From the NCBI RefSeq assembly GCF_006345805.1, contig NC_043001.1, positions 20,212,001 to 20,276,000 on the forward strand: 64,000 nt of DNA, given 5' to 3'. Shown here piece by piece: positions 35,298-50,095 of the stretch. The stretch's first letter is position 1; each line of letters opens with the position of its first letter. A program made the position numbers and the translations under genes. Source of the stretch: Octopus sinensis (taxonomy: Eukaryota). The notes below the pieces were generated by a model. The model saw only the letters and a list, made by a program, of their open reading frames with translations, was not told where the DNA came from and made no database searches.

Positions 35298-37615
35298 CTT
35301 TGGAAAAAAGGATTAAATCTAGTTAATTTTCATTTAAAAACTTATGCCTATTTCTTTTAAAAATTATATAATATTCAATTAACAATTACAAGAATTTTTA
35401 ATTACAATTTTATATGACAAAATAGTTATTAAGTTATATTTGTTATCTATTAAGAATGATATATTAAGGTGGTGAGCTGGCAGAAACTTTAGCACGCTGG
35501 GCGAAATGCTTAGCGGTATTTTGTCTGTCTCTACGTTCTGAGTTCAAATTCTGCCGAGTTTGACTTTGCCCTTTATCCTTTAAGGGTCAATAAATTAAGT
35601 ACCAGTTACTCACTGGGGTTGATCTCATCGACTTAATCCCTTTGTCTGTCCTTGTTTGTTCTCTCTGTGTGTAGCCCCTTGTGGGTAGTAAAGAAATAGG
35701 TATTTCGTCTGCCGCTATGTTCTGAGTTCAAATTCTGCCAAGGTCAACCTTGCCTTTTAACTTTTTGGGATTGATAAATTAAGTACCGGTTACGCACTGG
35801 GTCGATCTAATCAATTTAATCCCTTTGTCTGTCCTTGTTTGTCCCTTCTATGTTTAGCCCCTTGTGGGCAATAGAGAAATAAGAATGATATATTAACATC
35901 ATAGGTAGTGTCAAGCTTGTCTTGTGATATTTAGTTAATTTACTTTATACTCTGAGCCCAAATCCCTATGAAGGTCAGTTTTGTAGTTTATTTTCCAGGG
36001 TGGTGAAATAAGCATCAGTTAAGTAATGGAGTTATTCTAATCAACAGTCTGTGTTCCATGTCCTCCCCAACCAAAACATGTGATTTGTGTTCATGTTAGA
36101 AATCAATATTTTATAACCTATAGGTGCAGGAGTGGTTGTGTGGTAAGTAGCTTGCTTACCAGCCACATGGTTCTGGGTTCATTCCCACTGCGTGGAACCT
36201 TGGGCAAGTGTCTTCTACTATAGCCTTGGACCGACCAAAGCTTTGTGAGTGGATTTGGTAGACAGAAACTGAAAGAAGCCCATCGTTTATATGTATATGT
36301 ATATCATCATCATCATCATCGTTTAACGTCCGTTTTCCGCGCTAGCACAGATTGGACGGTTCGACTGGGGTTTGGGAAGCCAGGGGCTGCACCAGGCTCC
36401 AGTCTGATCTGGCAGTGTTTCTACAGCTGGATGCCCTTCCTAACGCCAACCACTCTGCGAGTGTAGTGGGTGCTTTTTACGTGCCACCGGCACAGGTGCC
36501 AGGGGAGTCTAGCATCGGCCACGATCGGTTGGTGCTTTTAATGTGCCACCGGCATGGAAGCCAGTCAAGGCGGTGCTGGCATCGGCCACGTATGGATGGT
36601 GCTTTTTATGTGCCACCGGCACAGGTATCACAACTACTATTTCCATTGATTTTTTTTTTTTTGGTCTGTGTTTGTCCCCCCAACATCGCTTGACAACCGT
36701 TGGTGGTGTGTTTATGTCCTCATAACTTAGCGGTTCGACAAAAGAGACCGATAGAATAAGTACTAGGCTTACAAAGAATAAGTCCTGGGGTCGATTTGCT
36801 CAACTAAAGGCGGCGCTCCAGCATGGCCACAGTCAAATGACTGAAACAAGTAAAAGAGTAAAAGAGGAAAGAGTATTCTAGGTGGCAATGTGGCAGAACC
36901 ATTAGCATGCTGAGCAAAATGTCAGGCGGCATTCTGTCTTCAATAATACTAGAACTGTAAGTCTCACAATGTTCAGCATGTTGTTGTTGGTGTTGTTGTT
37001 GTTGTTGCTGTTTAGCTATACATTGCCTCTGATTGAACAGGTTAACAATCAAAGGATTCCAGCTGTGGTTGTTGCATCTTATATATCTTGTAAGTCAAGA
37101 AACCACATTGAGTTCCTTCACTGGTTCAGAGCTTATCATCAAATTGCAATGATAAACTAAGAGATGATGATGGAGAGAGAGAGGGAGAGGGAGAGGGAGA
37201 GAGAGAGGGAGAGGGAGAGTGAGTGAGAGAGAGAGAGAGAGAAACAGAGAGACAGAGATACAGAGAAAGAGAGAGAGAGAGATAGACAGACAGAGATACA
37301 GAGAAAGAGAGAGAGAGAGGGGGGGGGGCACAGTAATATGGCAGACTTGTAGAAGCTGGTGAGAATTGAGGTAAAGAATATCTTTTGGATGTGTAATGGC
37401 AACTTACATGAAAAGCAGGGTACTAGAGTAAGCTAGGCATTAAAGGCTTTAGCCAATGTGTTTGGTGGACAATTGTACTCGTATGGACACACAGTGGAAA
37501 TGGGGGATGAATGCTAAGAGAAAAACTACTATGTGAGTCAGTCAGAGATAACTAAAACAGAGGAAAACCAACAAGGAAGAGAGGGAGATCAAATCCCAGA
37601 CTGCTGGGTCTCACA

Positions 37616-37740
37616 GAAAAATATCAAAAAAAATATCAAAAAAATATCAAAAAAAATATCAAAAAAATATTTTAAAATATCAAAAAAAATATCAAAAAAA
37701 TATTTTTAAAAATATCAAAAAAAAAAATATCAAAAAAAAG
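37616..37740. repeat. (AAAAAATATC)n-type minisatellite
   Basis: About 10 imperfect A-run + tatc units. Confidence 0.9.
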
Positions 37741-38296
37741 TTGAAGTGATTCATTTCAATAAAGGAAATTATTGATTTCTAACATTGGTGTAAGGCCAAA
37801 CAATTCTCAAGGGACAGTATTAGTTACTGCCTTATTGTTTTATCTTATTGATCCTGGAAGGATAAAAGCTAAATTGATCTTGGCAGCATTTGAACTGAGA
37901 ATATAAAGGAATATAACTGAATCTAGCAATTCTAATAGAAAAATTATATTGGTTTCAAATTTTGGCACAAGGCCAGCAATTTCAGGAGATGGATATGTTG
38001 ATTACATCGGCCTCATTGCTCATCTGGTACTTTTCTTTTCTACCCCAAAAGACTGAAAGGCAAAGTCGACCTCGGCAAAATTTGAACTCAGAATGTAAAG
38101 ATGAATGAAAGGCAGTTAAGCATTTTGCCCAGCACGCTAACGGTTCCACCAGTTCACAATCCAATTAAAAAGCAATATTAAAACAATGAAGATAATGATA
38201 ATGTTGATATTGATAATAATGAGTATGATAATATACAGAAGCAAACATTTATCTTGTATGTGTATGAGAGGAGATATAATTCATGCTTCAATTTAC

Positions 38297-38445
38297 CATA
38301 TGAAATGTTTGCTCACACCATGTTATCAGCAATGGATCATTTTTTAAAGTGACGGATACATTATACTTTGCAGTTCTTTTGTCCAGATGGCTTAAACTAA
38401 TTGCTAAAAATTCTTTTTCATTCTTACAATGGAATGACACACACT
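38297..38445 (-). CDS. IL-17R-like gene, FnIII-like exon (phase 1-0)
   Basis: Strong acceptor ttgtttcctgtctcttgcag, donor ATG|gtaaat; 149 nt open: (E)CVSFHCKNEKEFLAISLSHLDKRTAKYNVSVTLKNDPLLITWCEQTFHM. Confidence 0.75.
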
Positions 38446-39300
38446 CTGCAAGAGACAGGAAACAAGATACATTTGTGAATTGTCAAGAAATTACTGTAGA
38501 GTTGAATAACAAATATTTAAACATCAAATTATGTAATAGTGGTTGGTTAGTCAGGTTGGGTGTTTGAACTTATAGATTGGTGTCTGACTCTAAAGACTGA
38601 TGTCTGGGTTAACAGACTGGTTTGCTTTTAGCTTTTGGCTTTTACTTTTTTCAGTCATTAGGCTGTGGCCAAGCTGGGGCACTGCCTTGAAGAAATTTTA
38701 GTCAAATGGATTGACCCCCATTGTGCTAAGTTATGGGGATATAAACATACCAACACCGGTTGTCAAGTGGTGGTGGGGGACAAACACAGAGGCAAAGACA
38801 CATACACATAGATGCATACATATATATATATATATATATATCATCATCATCGTTTAAAGTCTGCTTTCTGTGCTAGCATGGGTTGGACGGTTCAACCGGG
38901 GTCTGGGAAGCCAGGAGGCTGCACCAGGCTCCAGTCTGATCTGGCAGTGTTTCTACAGCTGGATGCCATTCCTAACACCAACCACTCAGTGAGTGTAGTG
39001 GGTGCTTCTTACATGCCACCAGCACAGTGCCAGAGGAGGCTGACAGCATCCACAATCAGTTGGTGCTTTTTACATGCCACCGGCACAGAAGCCAGTCAAG
39101 GCAGTGCTAGCATTGACCACGTTCGGATGGTGCTTTTTACGTGCCACCGGCACAGGTATCACAACTACAATTTCCATTTGATATTTATTTTGATGTTGAT
39201 GTACTTGACTCAATAGGTCTCCACAAGCACAGCAGGTCATGTGCCACCGGCACAGAAGCCAGTCAAGGCAGTGCTGGCATCAGCCACGTTCGGATGGTGC

Positions 39301-39332
<32 letters not shown>

Positions 39333-41559
39333 CAAGACAAGAAATAATTTTTGATTCTTTTGATGGAAACAAAAGGGTTTATAGGACTGCGAAAAAGAAG
39401 TGCTCAAGTGTAATTGAGACAGAGATAAAGAATAACTGATTATAGAACAAACATCAAATTCGAGTCAACAGCTTTTTTTTGTTTTGTTTTGTGTGTGTTT
39501 CATGTTCATCCCAATGAGGAGGGTCATTGCCGAGATGCACTTTAAATGTAATCGAACTGCAGTAATGAACTCCCAAAATGGCCATATGTGTGTTTGAATT
39601 GTTTTTGTGGAACTCCTTTTGCTTCTGGACTCTAACCTGCCATGGTTTTAAGAATTGAAATTTTTGGATGTACTCTTGTGTGAGGGGAGTAAAAAAAACC
39701 TTTTTTGGAAAATTTTTTTAGCCAAATTGATATTTTATTTTATCTTAGTTTATTTAGTTTTTAGTAGCATGACACACTCTAGAATTTTTATGAATTTTTA
39801 GTCATTTGTATTTACCTTTTTGATAGGCCATTCTATATATTTGTATTTTATTTGCATATATATTTTTACCCTTTGTGCTTTTTGTATATGTATATTTTTA
39901 TATGTTTCAGAACCATGGTAATATTTATATGTGATTAAATGTTTGAGGTGTGGTGTTATATATAAAGTCGTTGACTAAAATTTAATATTTGTTCTATGAT
40001 CAATGATTTTTTATATATATATATATATATGCACACACACATAATATATATACATACATATATGTATATACACACACACATATGTCAGGCTTCTTTCAGC
40101 TTCCCTCTACCAAATAAAATTATAAGGCGGGGTCAGGCAGAGCTTATAGTAGAAGACACTCGTCCAAGGTGCCATGCAGTGGGACTGAACCCAGAACCAT
40201 GTGATTGGGAAGCAAACTTTTTACCACACAGCCACACCTGGTTTAAAATTATTTTGGGCTCACTGCATGGCAGCCTGTACTTCAAGGTTTAGTAAAATAA
40301 TTTTGTCATTATTAAAATGTTTGGAACATGAATTAACACGATGATTTGATAGAAGTTTTTAATTCAAATCACTGTTAAACGGAAAATTTGTAACATAATA
40401 TCAAAAGTGATCTTAGTTTGGCATCAAAAGAGTTAAGGAAGGTAGCCTGCACTTCATGTTTGACTCCAAGGCACTAGCAATAGTTTACATCAACAAGTAA
40501 TAAGAACAAAACTTTCACAAAGTAGAGAGATTATAAATGGGTGTATGAATTTTATGAAGTATTTTAGATGTTGTTGCTTAGTCCCTAAGCCAACCCCTAG
40601 TTAGCAGTCCTTTGATTAAAGGCATTTCATATCACCATTCCAGCTCTTATCTTTGGAGACATTGTATATCTAGGACTGTATTATCCAATATGACCTTTTC
40701 TTTTAAATGGCAGGGTGTGATTTGAGGGCAACTTGACTGTTATTTTTAGCAGGTCAAGTGACTACATACAGGCACCCACTTTAGCTCACTTTAGTTTTAT
40801 AGTATGGTAAATTAGTCTTTGTAGTTGTTGCTGGTGGTGGTGGCGGTGGCGGTGTGGTGGTGGTGGTGGTGGTGGTGGTGTTAGCAGTAATGGCAGTAGA
40901 CGCAGCAGTGATGTTTAGTCCCTGGTCTATGATCAACACAACACTACACCTGATTTCCCCCCCTCCATACACCTGCAAGCATGTATCTGACTCATACACT
41001 GTTCACTTCCCAGACATTTGTACATTAATGCATATGCTTTATACACACTTTTGACAAGTTGTGGTGCACCTGAGCACTGTATACAATTATTTCATTATAT
41101 TATATTATAAAAAGCATTCTAGCTATGACTAGCCTATGACCAAAAAGCATTCTAGCTATGACTGTCTGAATTTTTTTTCAGGCACTGTACTTTATTACCC
41201 AATGCATTTATTCTTTTTTAAGATGTTTAGGTTGTAATAATAAAATTTTGACTGCTGTTTGAAGACTGTTGAGTTACCACCTATATTTTATTTTATTTGC
41301 TTATGATATCTGAGTCATTGTTGTTGTTGCTGTTATTGTTCTCATCATTGTTTAGCTACAGATCAGCTTCAAGTAAACTTATGATTCTGTCTTTATGCAT
41401 ATATCGGTCAACATTTGCAATAGAAATATGAGTTAATGTAGTGGATATTTATGCGAAAGTGGTAAACCTTATATACTCTGAATCATCAAGAATCTGTATG
41501 TGTTTGACCAACTAGAAATAACAACCAAATCTCCCTCACATCAGACTCTTCCATCTTAA

Positions 41560-41677
41560 CCTTTAGCACACAGTAGGTGCATCATGTCATTATGAGTTTT
41601 CTCCCCTCGCAATACAACACAATGCACTTACATTTACAATTTGTATATCAGCATGATGTGCCTAAGCATGCTAAAGG
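41560..41677. mobile_element. Small piggyBac-like MITE
   Basis: TTAA duplication on both sides and TIR cctttagca / tgctaaagg. Confidence 0.6.
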
Positions 41678-41924
41678 TTAAACAAAGAAGCTTCTACATG
41701 GTTATTTGACCTACCCAAAATAGCAGCCAAATCTTCCTCAAACCTAAATATTTTAAAGAAAGGAAACAGAGTCATGTAATTGTAAATAGCCCTAAAAATA
41801 GGATGAATGACACAAGTGGAAAGTTTTTAGTCACAAGCTTGCTTCACAAAAGTTGTTCTAGAGCTAAACACAAACAGCTTAAAGCATTTAGGTTTATAAA
41901 TATCCAAAACAAAGATTAATTTAC

Positions 41925-42000
41925 CTGGAATTGCATTATTTTCATATTTAAATACCTGACTCCAATAATATCCACCTTGTTTTTCCATCAGCAGTCTGAT
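41925..42000 (-). CDS. IL-17R-like gene, exon (phase 0-1)
   Basis: Acceptor ttgttctgttattag, donor CAG|gtaaat; only open frame is IRLLMEKQGGYYWSQVFKYENNAIP. Confidence 0.75.
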
Positions 42001-43680
42001 CTAATAACAGAACAATATTTAACTGTTTTCAAATTTTGGCGCAAGGTCAGCAATTTGTGGGGAGGGGGCAAGTCAAGGTGTTCAGCTGGTACATGTTTTA
42101 TTGACCCCAAAAGAATGAAAGGCAAAGTCAACTTTGGCGGAATTAGAACTTCTGCCAGCTTGCCACCTTAGAACAATATTTGTGAAATAAAAATTTAATA
42201 CACATGGAATCCCCTAGCACAGTGCTACTCAAAGTGGTGGTCCACAGACCAGTACTGGTGTGCGAGCCATCAGCTGCTGGAATAGAAAGAAACATTATAA
42301 AATGCTTATAAAGGGCTTATGTAATATTGTATTATTTGTAAGGTGGAGAGCTGGCAGAAGTGTTAGCACACCAAGTAAAATGCTTAGCGGTATTTCGCCT
42401 GTCTTTATGTTCTGAATTCAAATTCCGTTGAGGTCGACTTCACCTTTCATCCTTTCGGGGTCAATAAATTAAGTACCTGTTGCATACTGGGATCGATCTA
42501 ATCGACTGGCCCCAGTCCCCAAAATTTTCAGGCCTTGTGCCTAGAGTAGAAAAGAATATTGTATTATTTGTTTATAAAATAAATATAAGATAAAAAAATT
42601 GTCAGCTGTTATTGTATTCATTATGTATATTGTTTCCGGTATAAATTAATATTGTTTGTTCCTTCTCGAGCCATGCCTGGCTCATAAGGGCCGGTTTCCC
42701 AGTTTCTTTGGCGTAATAGGTTCCCCACCTGGATGGGATGCCAGTCCGTCGCAGGTGAGCTGCAAGATGCAGGAGGAAAGAGTAAGAAAAAGTTGTGGCA
42801 AAAAAGTCAGCAGAAGTTCACCATTACTGTCTGCTGGAGCCACATGGAGCTTAGGTGTTTCGCTCATAAACACGCATTGTCCGGTCTGAGATTTGAACCC
42901 GTGATCCCTCAACCACGAGTCCTCTGCTCTAACGACTAGGTCATGTGCCTCCACATAAATTAATATTACTAAGAAATATTACCGGTCCCTGGTAAATTAA
43001 AAAAAGGAAAAAAAAAAAACTACCAGTACACCATATCAGATAGTTTGGGAAACACTGTCCGAGCAAACACTTGATTCAAGGGAGATAATTATTTCTTCAT
43101 AATATATTTGATGGGGTTTAGAAATTAGAATTAGAAATTAAGGAATGAGGGAAAGATACAAAAAACATTCATTATTCTTTTATTCTTTTACTTGTTTCAG
43201 TTATTAGACTGTGGCCATGCTGGAGCAACGCCTTGAAGAATTTTAGTTTTAATGAATTGACTCCAGTACTTTTATTTTGTTTTAAAAATCCTGGTTCTTA
43301 TTCTATTGGTCTCTTTTGCCAACCCACTAAGTTATGGGTACGTAAACAGACCAACACCGGCTGGGAACAAACAAAGACACACACGTACATAGATATATAC
43401 ATACATATATATATATATCTATTTCTTGACTACCCACAAGGGGCTAAACACAGAAGGGACAAACAAGGACAGACAAACGGATTAAGTCGATTATATCGGC
43501 CCCCGTGTGTAACTGGTACTTATTTAATCGACCCCGAAAGGATGAAAGGCAAAGTCGAATTCGGCGGAATTTGAACTCAGAACATAACGGCAGACGAAAT
43601 ACCGCTTAGCATTTCGCCCGGTGTGCTAATGATTCTGCCAGCTCACTGCCTGATATACATATATATATATATATATATAT

Positions 43681-43712
<32 letters not shown>

Positions 43713-44229
43713 TTAACATCTGCCTTCCATGCTGGCATAGGTGGGATGGTTTGACAGGAGCTGACCAGGCCGAAGCCTGCACCAGACTTTTGTGACTGTT
43801 TGCACAGGATTTTTACAGCTGGATGCTCTTCCTAACACCAATCACCCAGCAAAGTGGACTTAGTGCTTTTTATATGGCACAAGCACAGGTGAGGTCAGTT
43901 TTAACAAGGATTTTATAACCAGATGCCCTTCCAAACACCAACCACTTTACAGTGTGGACTAGATGCTTTTTAAGTGGCTCCTGCACTGACAGATTCACCA
44001 AGTAACTTGCAAGACAAAACTCTTTTGAGAGGGGAGAGGGCATTGGAGGAGGCGATCTTGTGTCAGATGATGAAAAGTTGTAGTGAAACAGAGAGACAGA
44101 AACAGGTGTCTTGCTGTAGAGGAGATACATGGTTACCTAAAAGAGATATATGGTTACCCAACCTGAGCAAAGTGCAGGAGAAGGAGAGAGAGAGAGTGGG
44201 AGACATCAGGATACCCCATAAATTGGCAT

Positions 44230-44234
44230 ATCTG

Positions 44235-44291
<57 letters not shown>

Positions 44292-44308
44292 TTATCTATC
44301 TATCTATT

Positions 44309-44339
<31 letters not shown>

Positions 44340-44376
44340 CTATCTATTTATATGTCTGTCTGTCTGTCTGTCTTTT

Positions 44377-44408
<32 letters not shown>

Positions 44409-44409
44409 C

Positions 44410-44444
<35 letters not shown>

Positions 44445-44501
44445 TATATGTATGTATACACACATGCACACACATGCACACACATGCACACACACATGTG
44501 T

Positions 44502-44535
<34 letters not shown>
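44230..44535. repeat. Compound microsatellite (TCTA)n-(TC)n-(TA)n-(CACATG)n-(CA)n
   Basis: Direct inspection. Confidence 0.95.
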
Positions 44536-44536
<1 letters not shown>

Positions 44537-44831
44537 TATCTTTTGTACAGGATGGCAGAACCAGTATGTCAAGCGAAGTACTTGGTGGCATTTGGTTATG
44601 TCTCTTATGTAGAGGTCAGCTTTGTTTTTCCTCCATATGAGGTTGCATAAAGGTTGATAGAATAAGTACCAGGCAACACACTAAAGCTCTTGAAGATGCT
44701 GCTCCAGCATGCTCACAGACCATCAACTGAAATCAATTAAAATTCATGGGGTGGACAAACAGATACTAATTGCTTATGAATGCGAGTGTAAGAAAAATTA
44801 CACAGAAAAGAATAGGGGAAAAGTGACTTAC

Positions 44832-44900
44832 AGTAATTGTAAACTGTTCCGAAGAGTCAATAAAATCTGGTCTAAATTTGGCAATTGCTGCATGATTGTT
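44832..44900 (-). CDS. IL-17R-like gene, exon (phase 0-0)
   Basis: Strong acceptor ttctcttatttctttag, donor ACT|gtaagt; NNHAAIAKFRPDFIDSSEQFTIT. Confidence 0.72.
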
Positions 44901-45294
44901 CTAAAGAAATAAGAGAACCATTTTGTAAGAATAAGAAATATTTTATTATTATAAGAATATCATTTTGTAAAATATAAGAGTAAGTTTTATTCAGAATATC
45001 ACTAATACGTAATAAATGAAGATACTTTTCATATACATACATAAATACATATATATATTTCTTTACAACTCACAAGGGGCTAAACATAGAGGGGACAAAC
45101 AAGGACAGACAAAGGGATTAAGTTGATTACATAGACCCCAGTGTGAAACTGGTACTTTATTTATCGACCCCGAAAGGATGAAAGGCAAAGTCAACCTCGG
45201 TGGTATTGAACTCAGAGCGTAGCAGCAGACAAAATACCATTAAGCATTTTGCCTGGCATGCTAATGATTCTGCCAGCTCACCGCCTTTCAATAC

Positions 45295-45405
<111 letters not shown>

Positions 45406-45505
45406 ATATATGTATGTGTGTGGTGTGTGTGTGTGTACGTACATATATGTATATGTGTATGTATACACACACATACATGCACACGCACACACATACAAAT
45501 ACATA

Positions 45506-45785
45506 TACAGGGTGTTCTATAAAAAATTCTGAATTTGAATTGGGCGACACTTTTGTGTTTTGAAGTTTGAAGGCATGCTTTTATCGTGTTTTCTATCTCT
45601 CTTCACTCTGACTAATAGTCTTTTATTTGTTTTTCAGAATAGTGTGCTGTGTGCCATGGAGCAGTTTACACCTGAGCAACGCATTCTCATTGTGAAGACA
45701 TTTTACCAAAACGGAGAAAGTGCAAAGTAAACAGCTCGAACACTCCATACCGTTTTGAGGGGAAATGAAGCACCCAACGAGTCTA
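45506..45785 (+). mobile_element. Tc1/mariner-family (maT/rosa-like) 5' end relic
   Basis: TA+cagggtg terminus and MEQFTPEQRILIVKTFYQNGESAK*TAR, an N-terminal HTH typical of these transposases; truncated by a CR1 fragment. Confidence 0.65.
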
Positions 45786-46541
45786 TGGAGGGGAGAAAAT
45801 CAGGTGTAGTGTTGGCGAATCTCAGGAGGCATGGAAGTTTTGAAGGATGCAGTGCTCCGACAACTAACAACTGATGCCGGCAGTTTGTTCCATGCTTCAG
45901 CAATTCTTAGCATGAAAATGTTTCCGAAAGTCATGGGAGCTGTGCTGTTTTCTGACTTTGTAAACATGTCCACGGGTGTTAGACAGATGGAGTTTGAAAA
46001 GGTGCTCAGAGTTATTGTTTGTAAGATGGTTGATAATTTTATGGGTGTCTGCCAAGTCAGCTGCCAGACGTCGGAGTTTCAATGTATCCATGCCCAGGAA
46101 AGTAAGGCGTTCAGAATATGGCAAATGCCTGATGGAGGGTATTCTCTTGGTTGCATGTTGCTGAACAGTTTCCAGATGATTAATATCCTGGGCAAGATAG
46201 GGGTTCCAGACTGGTGATGCAAATTCCAGGTGAGGCCACACCATAGCTATTTAATAATGAAATTATTGTATGCAGTGCTCAGGTGTACTACGACTCATTA
46301 GAAAAAAGAACTCAAACTTCCGGACCAATACATAGAATTAGGCACAAGAAATGAATAGTGAATAAATCTACAAAAAAAAAAGCAGTGTATAGTAGCTTGC
46401 TTATGAACCACATGGTTCTGGGTTCAGTCCCACTGCGTGGCACTTTGGGCAAGTGATTCTACTATAGCCTCAGGCTGACCAAAGCCTTGTGAGTGGATTT
46501 AGTAGATGGAAACTGAAAGAAGCCCGTCGTATATATGTATG

Positions 46542-46595
<54 letters not shown>

Positions 46596-48429
46596 TGTGT
46601 CTGTGTTTGTCCCACCAAGATTGCTTGACAACCGATGCCGGTGTGTTAACGTCCCCGTAACTTAGTGGTTCGGCAAAAGAGACCAATAGAATAAGTACTA
46701 GGCTTACAAAGAATAAGTCCTGGGGGTCGATTTGCTCGATCAACTAAAGGCGGTGCTCCAGCATGGCCGCAGTCAAATGACTGAAACAAGTAAAAGAGTA
46801 TAGGAGCATCAGGAGTACTATTGGCAAATTTCAGGAAGCATTCAAGTTTTGAAGGATGTAATGTCTCAATAGCTAACAACTGATGCAGGTAGCTTATTCC
46901 ATGCTTCAGCAATTTTGAGTGTGAAAAAAGGTCTTGGAAAGTCATGGGTGTTGTGTTGATTTTTAATTTTGTAAGCATATCCATGAGTGTTAGACATATG
47001 GAAGTCAAAAAGGTGCCCAAGGTTGTTGTTGGAAAAATGATGGATGATCTTGTGGGTGTCTACCAAGTCATTTGCCAGACGTTGGGGCTTTAATGTATCC
47101 ATATCCAAGGAAGCAAAAGCTCAAAGTATGGTAGATGCCTCTTCGCGGGTATTCATCTGGTTGCACATTTTTGAACAGATTCCAGGAGATTAATATGCCA
47201 AGCAAGATAGAGGTTCCAGAGGGTGGCTAGCTGGCAGAAACGTTAGCACGCTGGGCAAAATACTTAGCAGTAATTCGTATGCCACTCCGTTCTGAGTTCA
47301 AATTCCGCTGAGGTCAACTTTGCCTTTCATCCTTTCAGGGTCGATTAAATAAGTACCAGTTACGCACTGGGGTCGATATAATCGACTTAATCCGTTTGTC
47401 TGTCTTTGTTTGTCCCCTCTGTGTGTAGCCCCTTGTGGGCAGTAAAGAAATAAGATAGAGGTTGCAGACTGGTGATGCAAACTCTAAATGTGGACATACT
47501 ATAGTCATATACAGCTTTAAATAGACAGCTGGAGAGCAGCTTGATAAAGGAAGCATTTTCTCTCATCTATTATAACATTTGTTTGATCAGTACCTTGAGG
47601 ATAGAATTTTGTAGGCAGAAATTGTCTGGACATGAATACTCTAAGTTATCTCCCCTTAAATCAATGTCTAATTTCTTATTTGTTAGAAGACAGGCCTGTT
47701 TCGCTTGGCTTCGACTCAAGAGAAACTTTTATTGATCTCTTTATGGCTCGCAGGACCACATTCAATGAATGGAACTAGCAAAAGAATATAGAATAAAGAA
47801 TACATTGTTATAATATAGTATGAAGTCTTACCGCAGAAACTAGTAGAGGTTTCACGATAGTTTGTTCTCCTTTCATCAGTTGTATCTTAACGCAAACAAC
47901 TTGTTCATTTAACTCAAGAACGTGAATTTCGAAGTTCTGATTGCAAGAAATAACTTTCACTTTGTGTGTCATATTGATTATGTCTGAAAAAACAAAACAA
48001 AACAATTCTATAAAAGTACGTATAATATTTAGAGGGATATAGATGATGACAAGTGCCAAGGCATACCCTTGAGGTTCGAAATGCCATAATATAAGTGAAA
48101 GGATATTGTGAAAGAATTGTAATTAAAGGGTGCGGAGTGAGTGGCGAAAACCTGGGTATATATAGAGTTGGTGGGGAGGGGCTACCCGATAGTAAGGATA
48201 CAGAGGAACAGAGTGGTGAGAGCAGGATTGGGGAGCGAGAGGTAGGCATAGTGTATTAAGGAGGAAATGTGAGGAAGAGAAAAGATGTAAATTGGTTTGT
48301 TGGGGTAGGGTGAGTGAAAAGTTTTCTTGATATGTGTGGGTAGAACACACAGGTCAGGGGCTTGCTGAGAGCAATGATACTTTGGCACAGGGCCAAGAGG
48401 ACAGGATTAGGGAGTGGGAGGTAAGCATA

Positions 48430-49105
48430 GTGCATGAAGTGGAAATGTGAGTCCCATGTGCTCTTAGTGCTTATTGTTCCTGCACATCTGTCACATACAA
48501 AGACGACTTTATCTGTTAATCTACCTGTGATTCCACTGCACCTCTTATGTGTCCATAGTCTACACAGGGTGCAGTGAATGGAATTTCTTCCAACTCCTTT
48601 CCTACATATTGAACAGGGCCATTTACCTGACAGATGGTGAGCTGTCAGAAACGTTAGCACACCAGGTGAAATGTTTTGATGGTATTTTGTCTGCTGTTAC
48701 ATTCTGAGTTCAAATTCCACCGAGGTCGACTTTGCCTTTCATCCTTTCGGGGTTGATAAATTAAGTACCAGTTATGCACTGGGTTGATAAATTAAGTACC
48801 AGTTATGCACTGGGGTCGATGTAATCGACTTAATCTGTTTGTCTGTCCTTGTTTGTCCCCTCTGTGTGTAGCCCCTTGTGGGCAGTAAAGAAATAAGAAA
48901 GAGAGTTTTATCTTCTTTCTTACTAACAACACCTTTGGTTTTAGCCAGGTTAACTTTAAGGCCCCCTTTAAGGCCCAAGTTGTGTTTCTACACCTGGAAT
49001 TTCTTCTCCAATTCTGCTAAAAGTTCTGCAATAAGAGCAAGGGCATCAGCATATAGCAGTTCCCACGGGCACCCGGTTTTGAATTCCTCTGTTATGGCCA
49101 TATGT
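48430..49105 (-). mobile_element. RTE-clade LINE RT/PHD fragment interrupted by a family-B SINE
   Basis: EEFKTGCPWELLYAD.LALIAE...LKVNLAKTK, then WPCSICRKGVGRNSIHCTLCRLWTHKRCSGI...FVCDRC (PHD finger). Confidence 0.8.
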
Positions 49106-49409
49106 GTGTATGTGTCTGTATGCATATACAACAGTCTTCTTTCAGTTTCTCTCTACCAAATCCACTCTCAAGGCTTTGATTTGGTTGGAACTATAGTAGA
49201 AGACACTTGCTCTAGGCTCCACACAGTAGGGCTGAAACTGAAACCATACAGTTAGGAAGCAAATTTTATAAATACACAGCCACATCTAACAAATATATAT
49301 ATTTTATCATTAAAAAAACTGCCATATGTATTGTACGTGTAGTATCTTGCCCTCTTTTTACTTCGACTACATTTCCTCTTACTATACCCCAGCTCTGTAT
49401 TTGTGTATA

Positions 49410-49452
<43 letters not shown>

Positions 49453-50061
49453 TCATCATCATCATCAGTTAGCGTCAGCTTTCCATGCTAGCATGGGTTG
49501 GACGGTTCAACTGGGGTCTGTGAAGCCAGAAGGCTGCATCAGGCCCAGTCTGATCTGGCAGTGTTTCTACGGCTGGATGCCCTTCCTAACGCCAACCACT
49601 CCGTGAGTGTAGTGGGTGCTTTTTATGTGCCACCCGCACAGGTGCCAGACGGAGCTGACAAACGGCCACGGACGGATGGTGCTTTTTACGTGCCACCGGC
49701 ACGGGGGCCAAGCGAGGCTGGCAATGGCCACGAACAGATAGTGCTTTTTACGTGCCACCGGAACGGAGGTCAGTCGGGGCGACACTGGCAACGGCCACGA
49801 TCAGATGGTTCGCTTACTTGTCACCAGCACTGGTATCACAGCTGCAATTTCCATTGATGTTGATCAACTTCGATTTTGGTTCTGCTTTGATTTGATTTGG
49901 CTTGATTTTGATTTTGATTTTCACTTGCCTCAGCGGGTCTTCACAAGTGGAGTTTTGTGTCCCAAGAAGGAAAGGTATGTATAAGTCGACTGGCTACATA
50001 CCAGGTAGAGGCCACGGGTTATGTATATATGTATATATGTATATATGTATATATATATATG

Positions 50062-50095
<34 letters not shown>

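Noticed and set aside
36120-36200. tRNA genes at the SINE heads
   Set aside because: A/B-box-like motifs are present but there is no complete cloverleaf, and each is fused to a SINE body
37408-37551. 144-nt minus-strand exon with good splice sites
   Set aside because: Stop codons in all three frames and phase incompatible with its neighbours
38428-38445. 18-nt microexon using donor ATT|gtaaga
   Set aside because: The frame stays open to a phase-0 donor at 38297 that fits the next exon; the short form has no phase-compatible partner (it could still be a minor donor)
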